This document shows, piece by piece, positions 25,046-32,000 of a DNA stretch of 32,000 bases (position 1 is its first letter; each line of letters begins with the position of its first letter). The notes beneath the pieces were generated by a model, which was given only the letters and a program-made list of their open reading frames with translations, did not search any database and was not told the DNA's origin. The DNA is from Mycolicibacterium smegmatis (GTDB taxonomy: Bacteria; Actinomycetota; Actinomycetes; Mycobacteriales; Mycobacteriaceae). The position numbers and the translations under genes were made by a program. The stretch lies in the NCBI RefSeq assembly GCF_001457595.1, contig NZ_LN831039.1, positions 1,680,001-1,712,000 of the forward strand. Direction: 5' to 3'.

Positions 25046-26428
25046 CTAGCGCGCGGACGACTCGTTGGAGCGGCGCGGCCTGCGGCCGCGGCCACCCCGG
25101 TGCGCACCACCACGTGCGGCGGCAGCGCCCTCGGACTGAGCGCCGTGGCCCGAACGTCCCGGGCGGCCCGACCCCTGCGGGCGGCTGCGGCGGGGCTGCG
25201 TCGAACGCGGACGGCTCGGTGTCGCGGCGGGCTCGGTGCGAATGGGCTCACCGAAAACCCGCTCACCCGGGGCGATTTCACGCAGCACCGGATGGTCGAG
25301 GCCGCTGATCCGGGTGATCGTGGGCTTGACGCCGGCCTTGCGGGTCAGGTTGCGCACGTCGTGCACCTGGGCGTCGAGCATGAGCGTCACCACGGTGCCC
25401 TCGTTGCCGGCACGCGCGGTGCGGCCCGAGCGGTGCAGGTACGCCTTGTGCTCGACCGGCGGGTCGGCGTGCACCACGAGGCTCACGTCGTCGACGTGGA
25501 TGCCGCGCGCGGCGATGTCGGTGGCCACCATCACGGTCGCGGAGCCGTCCGAGAACGCCGTCAGGTTGCGCGTGCGCGCATTCTGCGACAGGTTCCCGTG
25601 CAGCTCGACCGCGGAGATGCCCCGCGAATTGAGTTGGCGGGTGAGGTTTTTCGCGCCGTGTTTGGTGCGCGCGAACACGATGGTGCGGCCGGGTGCCGCG
25701 GCCAGGTCGGCCACGACGTTGATGCGCGCGGCGTTGTCAACGTGCAGCACGTGGTGCACCATCGCCGACACGGGCGACTGCGCGGAATCCACGCTGTGCA
25801 CCACCGGATCGTGCAGGTACCGCTTGACCAGCACGTCGACGCCCGCGTCGAGCGTGGCCGAGAACAGCAACCGCTGGCAGTGCTTGGGCGTGCGGTCCAG
25901 CAGACGCTTGACGCCCGGCAGGAAGCCCAGGTCGGCCATGTGGTCGGCCTCGTCGAGGATCGTGACCTCCACCGACGACAGATCGGCGTGGCGGGACTGC
26001 ACGTGGTCTTCGAGCCGGCCGGGGCAGGCGATGACGATGTCCACACCGCGGCGCAGGGCCGCGATCTGAGGTCCGGCGCCCACACCGCCGAAGATGTTCA
26101 CCGTGCGCAGGCCGGTCGCGGCCGCCAGCGGCGCCAGCGAGGCCTCGATCTGGGTGACCAACTCACGCGTCGGCGCGAGGATGACCGCGCGCGGCTTACC
26201 GGCGTCGCGGGGCGTGCCACTGGTGGCCAAGCGGGCGACCAGCGGCAGCAGGAAGGCATAGGTCTTGCCGGATCCGGTGCGGCCACGGCCGAGCACATCG
26301 CGGCCGTTCAGCGAGTCGGGAAGAGTCGCGGCCTGGATCGGGAACGGTGTGGTCACACCGTTCGCGGCAAGCGTGGACACGAGCTCGGCGGGAAGGCCGA
26401 GCTCGGCAAAGGTTTTCTGGGCAGACAA
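25046..26428 (-). CDS. DEAD-box ATP-dependent RNA helicase with Arg/Gly-rich C-terminal tail
   Basis: The TTG at 26428 has GGAG 7 nt upstream and gives 460 aa, (M)SAQKTFAELGLPAELV... Motifs: Q motif TPFPIQAATLP, motif I RTGSGKT, DEAD in ILDEADHM, and SAT. The tail reads RGGAHRGGRGRRPRR. The track extension to 26620 is rejected. Confidence 0.85.
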   Translation of the reverse strand: MSAQKTFAELGLPAELVSTLAANGVTTPFPIQAATLPDSLNGRDVLGRGRTGSGKTYAFLLPLVARLATSGTPRDAGKPRAVILAPTRELVTQIEASLAPLAAATGLRTVNIFGGVGAGPQIAALRRGVDIVIACPGRLEDHVQSRHADLSSVEVTILDEADHMADLGFLPGVKRLLDRTPKHCQRLLFSATLDAGVDVLVKRYLHDPVVHSVDSAQSPVSAMVHHVLHVDNAARINVVADLAAAPGRTIVFARTKHGAKNLTRQLNSRGISAVELHGNLSQNARTRNLTAFSDGSATVMVATDIAARGIHVDDVSLVVHADPPVEHKAYLHRSGRTARAGNEGTVVTLMLDAQVHDVRNLTRKAGVKPTITRISGLDHPVLREIAPGERVFGEPIRTEPAATPSRPRSTQPRRSRPQGSGRPGRSGHGAQSEGAAAARGGAHRGGRGRRPRRSNESSAR

Positions 26429-26674
26429 AAAGAAACTCCGAAATCTAGGCGGTGGTCCTGCCCGGCGCGGGTGACATCCCGCGGCGCTGGAGTTGATGAT
26501 CAAGAAGGCGGCAGAGGCAGAACAGGCAAGCCGCCGGACTCCAACATACCCGTAACCGGCGGTTTTCCCGGCATCGGCGGCGCGACCTGTGGGTGATGCC
26601 ACACCCACCGCGCTGGTCAACTATCCTGGCGGGCACGTGCCGGGGCCGGCGGGTCGGCCCGCACGCACAGGAGC

Positions 26675-27985
26675 GTGATCGCCGTGGCTTCAATGAGGAA
26701 TGCAGGTGAACGGGTGCTGACCCGGCTGCCTGCCGCCAAGGTGCGTGCCATCCACGACCTCTTCATCGAGGGGCAGATCGACCCCGACTCCCTCAGATCG
26801 ATGTCGCTGCCCCGAGTCGTCGTGGACAGTTGGCGACGCAGTCTCGAAGTGGGCGTCGACCCCGACAGCGGCGGCCGTACCGCCGCGGCCGAGGCCGCCC
26901 TGGCCGAGTTGCGTGCGACGCATCCGCTCGCCCCCACGCTGCCGCTGATCCGGCGCCTGCTGGTCGAGGACGCTGTCGACTCAGGTGTCGTCGTCGCGAT
27001 CACGGCGGCCGACGGCACTCTGCTGTGGGTCGAGGGGGACCGGCAGGCGTGCCGCAAGGCCGAGGCGATGAACTTCGTGCCCGGCTCCGACTGGAGCGAA
27101 CGCTCCGCGGGCACCAACGCACCCGGCACCGCGCTCACGCTGGACCGTGAGGTGCAGATCCGCGGAACCGAGCACTTCTCCCGCATCGTGCACCCGTGGA
27201 GTTGCACGGCCGTACCCGTCCACGACCCGGGGACCGGCGTGCTGCTGGGCGCCATCGACCTCACCGGCGGCTCCCGCGTCGCCTCACCCCAGACCCTCGC
27301 GCTGGTGCGCGCGACGGCCGTCGCCGTCGAGAACCATCTCGCGCTGCTGCGGTTGACCAACCCCGTCACCCCGGTCGCGCCGGAACGCCCCCGGCTGTCG
27401 GTGCTCGGCGGCGACCGGCCACGCTGGCAGACCACAGGTGAGGACGGACGTGCCCGCTCGGCCGTGCTGACCGGCAGGCACGCCGACATCCTGGTGCTGT
27501 TGAGCCGTCACCCGGAAGGACTGTCGGCCGACCATCTGGCGATCCTGCTCGACGACAAGGACCTCGACGTCGTGACGATCCGCGCCGAGATGTCCCGGCT
27601 GCGCCGCGTCATCGGGTCCAACTACATCGCGTCGCGGCCCTACCGGTTGTTGTCGCCGATCTGCAGCGACGTGGCCGACGTGTTCGACGCGTTGCAGTCC
27701 GGCGACGTCGCTGCCGCGTTGTCCGCCTATACCGGCGCGCTGCTGCCGCAGTCGGTGTCCCCGGCGATCGGGCGCCTGCGCACCGAACTGACCGCGAGCC
27801 TGCGCGAGGCGGTGCTGGCCCGCGCGGCCGTGGGCCGGCTGGACCTGCTGCGCCGCTGGCTGGAACTGCCCGATGGCCGTGACGACCGCGACGGGTGGCG
27901 CATGCTGCATGATCACGCCGACGACCCGGTCACCCGCGCGCAGGCCCTCGGGCACCTGGCGGGCCTGGATTCCGAACTCGCCTGA
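26675..27985 (+). CDS. Transcriptional regulator: AcoR-like N-terminal/GAF sensor region plus C-terminal OmpR/PhoB-type winged helix and helical (BTAD-like) tail
   Basis: 436-aa ORF. The GAF-like core is [66 protein letters not shown]. The wHTH-like segment is [28 protein letters not shown]...[16 protein letters not shown]...SRPYRL. The start is uncertain (GTG 26675, GTG 26684 or ATG 26693). Confidence 0.7.
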   Translation: MIAVASMRNAGERVLTRLPAAKVRAIHDLFIEGQIDPDSLRSMSLPRVVVDSWRRSLEVGVDPDSGGRTAAAEAALAELRATHPLAPTLPLIRRLLVEDAVDSGVVVAITAADGTLLWVEGDRQACRKAEAMNFVPGSDWSERSAGTNAPGTALTLDREVQIRGTEHFSRIVHPWSCTAVPVHDPGTGVLLGAIDLTGGSRVASPQTLALVRATAVAVENHLALLRLTNPVTPVAPERPRLSVLGGDRPRWQTTGEDGRARSAVLTGRHADILVLLSRHPEGLSADHLAILLDDKDLDVVTIRAEMSRLRRVIGSNYIASRPYRLLSPICSDVADVFDALQSGDVAAALSAYTGALLPQSVSPAIGRLRTELTASLREAVLARAAVGRLDLLRRWLELPDGRDDRDGWRMLHDHADDPVTRAQALGHLAGLDSELA

Positions 27986-27992
27986 GTTCTCG

Positions 27993-28010
27993 CGCGTCGA
28001 CAGCGACGCG
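27993..28010 (+). terminator. Small GC hairpin just after the regulator stop
   Basis: CGCGTCG (27993-27999), loop ACAG, then CGACGCG (28004-28010). Confidence 0.3.
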
Positions 28011-28017
28011 GCAATCC

Positions 28018-28036
28018 GTGCAACCGTGGTGCAACC
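28018..28036 (+). promoter_or_regulatory. Direct repeat GTGCAACC-N3-GTGCAACC (11-bp period) upstream of the aldehyde dehydrogenase
   Basis: The copies are at 28018-28025 and 28029-28036. A TANNNT-type hexamer, TACCTT (28047-28052), lies 10 nt downstream. The ATG is at 28096. Confidence 0.4.
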
Positions 28037-28095
28037 CCTGTTTGCCTACCTTGAGTGACGACCGACACATTTCGGTGTCCGAACAGGAGAAAGCC

Positions 28096-29619
<1,524 letters not shown>

Positions 29620-29676
29620 CGAGCGCTCGCGCGAGGAGCATCGAATTCTGATCCGTAAGGCCTGAACAGACCCCGT

Positions 29677-29732
29677 CGAGTGTGAAGCTGTTGCGACGAT
29701 TGACCCGCATACTCGCAACAGCTTCACACTCG
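29677..29732. repeat. Perfect 20-bp inverted repeat with a 16-nt loop downstream of the aldehyde dehydrogenase (terminator, stabiliser or operator)
   Basis: CGAGTGTGAAGCTGTTGCGA (29677-29696) is the exact reverse complement of TCGCAACAGCTTCACACTCG (29713-29732). It lies 41 nt before the next start codon. Confidence 0.6.
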
Positions 29733-29773
29733 CGGCATTTCTCGTTCCGACAACACAATTCGTAGGAGGCTTG

Positions 29774-30172
29774 ATGGGTGCCCTGTCGCTGTCCACGGCG
29801 CAGAAGGTGGTTGACGCCGCGATCGAGAAAGCGAACGAGATCGGTCAGCCGATGAACATCGCCGTCGTCGACGACGGCGGCCACCTGGTCGCGTTCGCCC
29901 GCATGGACGGCGCCATCAAGGCCAGCATCGACATCTCGATCCGCAAGGCGCGCACGTCGATCCTGATGAACCTGCCGACGAGTGCGCTCATGGACGTCGC
30001 GCAGCCCGGTGGCGAACTGTACGGGCTCGAACAACTGTCGGGCGGCCTGGTGCTGTTCGGTGGAGGCCTGCTGCTGGAACGTGACGGCGCGGTCATCGGC
30101 GCCATCGGCGTCAGCGCCGGAAGCGTCGAGCAGGACGTGAAGGTCGCCGAGGCCGGCGTCGCCGCACTCTGA
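29774..30172 (+). CDS. GlcG/HbpS-like (DUF336, PduO C-terminal-domain-like) putative haem- or corrinoid-binding protein
   Basis: The ATG at 29774 follows AGGAGG with a 4-nt spacer. This gives 132 aa: MGALSLSTAQKVVDAAIEKANEIGQPMNIAVVDDGGHLVAFARMDGA...GAIGVSAGSVEQDVKVAEAG. Confidence 0.8.
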   Translation: MGALSLSTAQKVVDAAIEKANEIGQPMNIAVVDDGGHLVAFARMDGAIKASIDISIRKARTSILMNLPTSALMDVAQPGGELYGLEQLSGGLVLFGGGLLLERDGAVIGAIGVSAGSVEQDVKVAEAGVAAL

Positions 30173-30187
30173 CGCTTCAGGAATCGC

Positions 30188-30886
30188 TCAGTCCACGAGC
30201 ACACAGTCGCCGCAGTATCCGCCGCCGGGCACCTGATAGAACAGGCAACAGTTCCGGCGGCGGAACCGGCCGTCGGTGACCTCGGCGGTGCCGAGCAACG
30301 GCTCGGCCGCGATCATGTCTCGCACGAGTGCGCGGCCGAAACCCTCGGCGCCGGGTCGGTTCTGGGCGAGCACCGTCACCGCACCGTTGGCGGCCGACGC
30401 GATGTTGCCCCACATCACCTGCGGTGGCAGCGAAACCGCCTGCTGCATGGCCGTGTTCAGCAGACGTAGGACGCCGTCGACCAGCGTCGCGGTGATCTCG
30501 GCGGCCGCCGAGCCCGCGTCGGGCACGGGTGACCACTCGACGCGGGAAACGCCCAACGCCGGCCGGTGCGACGAATCGTCGTGCCAGAACACCGAATCCG
30601 GTGTCAGCGACGGTACAGCGGACAGGCACGCCGCCGCGCCGACGGCGGGGGAGAGCAGGCGCGACACGATCGACAGGTGCAGCGACGATGCCGCGGCCCT
30701 GACCGGGACATCGTCGACGCCGATGCCGAACCCGGTCGCGGTCGCCGCACGCATGCGCGACGTGTACTCGCGCAGGATCGCGGCGTCGCCGCACAACGTG
30801 TCCACGGGTCGCCACGAACCACCCGCGACGGGCAGAGCGAAGAACTCACCCAACGCCGCAAGCGCACCCAGATTCCGATTCTCCAT
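30188..30886 (-). CDS. FhuF-like (2Fe-2S)-binding protein (ferric-siderophore reductase family)
   Basis: The ATG at 30886 gives 232 aa, MENRNLGALAALGEFFALP... The C-terminal motif CCLFYQVPGGGYCGDCVL matches C-C-x10-C-x2-C. The track extension to 31000 is rejected. Confidence 0.75.
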   Translation of the reverse strand: MENRNLGALAALGEFFALPVAGGSWRPVDTLCGDAAILREYTSRMRAATATGFGIGVDDVPVRAAASSLHLSIVSRLLSPAVGAAACLSAVPSLTPDSVFWHDDSSHRPALGVSRVEWSPVPDAGSAAAEITATLVDGVLRLLNTAMQQAVSLPPQVMWGNIASAANGAVTVLAQNRPGAEGFGRALVRDMIAAEPLLGTAEVTDGRFRRRNCCLFYQVPGGGYCGDCVLVD

Positions 30887-30943
30887 TGTGGGCACACGGT
30901 AATCGGTGGATCGATACAGTGCGCACGCCCGCCTTGACCTGCG

Positions 30944-30962
30944 ACGCAACGCTCGTGCAACG
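30944..30962 (+). promoter_or_regulatory. Direct repeat ACGCAACG-N3-GTGCAACG (11-bp period) upstream of the diol dehydratase operon
   Basis: The copies are at 30944-30951 and 30955-30962. A -10-like hexamer, CACAAT (30973-30978), lies 10 nt downstream, the same geometry as at 28018-28052. The ATG is at 31041. Confidence 0.35.
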
Positions 30963-31040
30963 TGAGCCAGAGCACAATTGGTACTTGCGTAAGAGAACAC
31001 GCCTGGGCGAGTGATCGCCCCGCATCAGTTGGGAGCTTGC

Positions 31041-31469
31041 ATGTCAGAACCCGTCCTCGATCCCGCGGTCGACTACCCGCTGAGCCTCAACCGCAAGGAC
31101 CTGCTCACCACGCCCAACGGCAAGCCGATCGATGCCATCACGATGGACGCCGTGATGTCGGGCGAGGTGTCCGCGTCGGATCTGCGCATCACTCCGGAGA
31201 CCCTGCGGTTGCAGGCCCAGATCGCCGAGGGGGTGGGGCGCAAACAGCTCGGCGCCAACCTGCGCCGCGCTGCGGAGATGACCGCCATCAGCGACGAGCG
31301 CGTGCTGCAGATCTACAACGCGCTGCGCCCCAACGCCTCGACCAAGGCCGAACTCGACGCGATCGCCGAGGAGTTGGAGACCCAGTACGGAGCGACGATG
31401 CTGGCCGGCCTCGTCCGCGAGGCCGCCGACGTCTACGAGCGCCGCGACATCCTGGCCACCAGCGAATAG
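31041..31469 (+). CDS. B12-dependent diol/glycerol dehydratase small (gamma) subunit (PduE/PddC/DhaB3 family)
   Basis: The ATG at 31041 follows GGGAG. The 142-aa product contains DYPL...LRITPETLRLQAQIAEGVGRKQLGANLRRAAEMTAISDERVLQIYNALRPNASTKAELDAIAEELETQYGATMLAGLVREAADVY. From memory this aligns closely with Klebsiella PddC. Confidence 0.88.
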   Translation: MSEPVLDPAVDYPLSLNRKDLLTTPNGKPIDAITMDAVMSGEVSASDLRITPETLRLQAQIAEGVGRKQLGANLRRAAEMTAISDERVLQIYNALRPNASTKAELDAIAEELETQYGATMLAGLVREAADVYERRDILATSE

Positions 31470-31478
31470 GAGACACCT

Positions 31479-32000
31479 GTGACGACAGCCAGAAATCTGG
31501 GCACCGAGGCCAAGCGCCAGTCGGAACGCACCAAGCTCCTGGAGGAGCGCCCGGTCAACCTCGACGGCTTCGTCCAGGAGTGGCCCGAGGTCGGCATGGT
31601 CGCGATGGACAGCGCGTTCGACCCCGAACCCAGTGTGCGGGTGGAGAACGGCGTGATCGTGGAGATGGACGGCCGCGCCCGCGCCGACTTCGACTTCATC
31701 GACCAGTTCATCGCCGACCACGCCATCGATGTGGCCACCACCGAGCAGTCGATGGCTCTGCCGGCCGTCGAGATCGCGCGCATGCTGGTGGATCCGCGCG
31801 TGACCCGCGACGAGGTGATCGCGGTGACCGGCGGGCTGACCCCGGCCAAGCTGCTGGAGGTCGCCAAGAACCTCAACATCGTCGAGATCATGATGGGCAT
31901 CCAGAAGATGCGGGCCCGTCGCACCCCGGCGAACCAGGCACACTGCACCAGCGCCCGTGACAATCCGCTGCAGGTCGCGTGTGAGGCCGCCGAGGCGTCG
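31479..32000 (+). CDS. B12-dependent diol/glycerol dehydratase large (alpha) subunit, N-terminal 174 codons; continues beyond the window
   Basis: Absent from the ORF track because there is no stop. The GTG at 31479 follows AGGAGA with a 5-nt spacer. My translation is (M)TTARNLGTEAKRQSERTKLLEERPVNLDGFVQEWPEVGMVAMDSAFDPEPSVRVENGVIVEMDGRARADFDFIDQFIADHAIDV...LTPAKLLEVAKNLNIVEIMMGIQKMRARRTPANQAHCTSARDNPLQVACEAAEAS, which follows the PduC/DhaB1 pattern. Confidence 0.9.
   Translation, partial: MTTARNLGTEAKRQSERTKLLEERPVNLDGFVQEWPEVGMVAMDSAFDPEPSVRVENGVIVEMDGRARADFDFIDQFIADHAIDVATTEQSMALPAVEIARMLVDPRVTRDEVIAVTGGLTPAKLLEVAKNLNIVEIMMGIQKMRARRTPANQAHCTSARDNPLQVACEAAEAS

Noticed and set aside
25100-26620. 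A 498-aa plus-strand ORF antisense to the helicase, and the 64-codon N-terminal extension of the helicase ORF (26429-26620).
   Set aside because: The antisense ORF has no motifs and a low-complexity composition. The extension precedes the conserved start of DEAD-box proteins and has no coding character, whereas TTG 26428 has an SD.
30887-31040. Possible cobalamin riboswitch upstream of the B12-dependent dehydratase.
   Set aside because: The region is only 154 bp and is shared with a divergent gene. I could not recognise a B12-box-like element or the multi-stem architecture. An Infernal scan would settle it.
30962-31963. ORFs 30962-31960 (+), 31044-31943 (-) and 31433-31963 (-) overlapping the dehydratase genes.
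   Set aside because: The dehydratase small- and large-subunit frames match well-known families. The overlapping ORFs are Arg/Pro/Gly-rich and lack motifs.

Overview
The window is a visibly GC-rich actinobacterial chromosomal segment (GC not computed). Gene content and order match the Mycobacterium/Mycolicibacterium region that joins the ribosomal alpha operon to the ESX-4 type VII secretion locus. My guess is a fast-growing, M. smegmatis-like species; this is inference from remembered synteny, not a search.

Left to right:
- A partial F420/LLM-type oxidoreductase.
- A soluble histidine kinase with a cNMP-binding-like domain, plus a fused receiver/thioredoxin-reductase-like flavoprotein.
- Flotillin plus NfeD.
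- infA-rpmJ-rpsM-rpsK-rpsD-rpoA-rplQ-truA.
- Three tandem cutinase paralogues.
- An EamA transporter divergent from a CGNR zinc-finger protein, then an ABM monooxygenase.
- ESX-4: eccB4, mycP4, eccD4, eccC4, an Rv3446c-family gene and an esxU/esxT-like WXG100 pair.
- A DEAD-box helicase.
- A GAF + OmpR-type winged-helix regulator.
- An aldehyde dehydrogenase, a GlcG/DUF336 protein and a FhuF-like 2Fe-2S protein.
- The start of a B12-type diol/glycerol dehydratase operon, with the small subunit first and the large subunit running off the window.

I saw no tRNA, rRNA, CRISPR array, transposase or integrase. Many long ORFs in the track are antisense or alternate-frame artefacts of high GC, and several track ORFs have over-extended N-termini; I re-called those starts by hand.

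Most interesting points:
1. An orphan cytoplasmic two-component pair whose response regulator output is a TrxR-like flavoenzyme that has lost its redox cysteines.
2. An exactly repeated bipartite ECF-type promoter motif, ATGGAAC-N15-TGCGTCCAA, in front of eccC4 and esxU.
3. 11-bp-phased GTGCAAC direct repeats with identical geometry upstream of the aldehyde dehydrogenase and the diol dehydratase. This fits the adjacent GAF/winged-helix regulator.
4. Two copies of GTCATGA-N16-TCATGAC in the EamA/CGNR divergent region.

None of these can be called new without database searches. I did not find a clear-cut undescribed multi-gene system.
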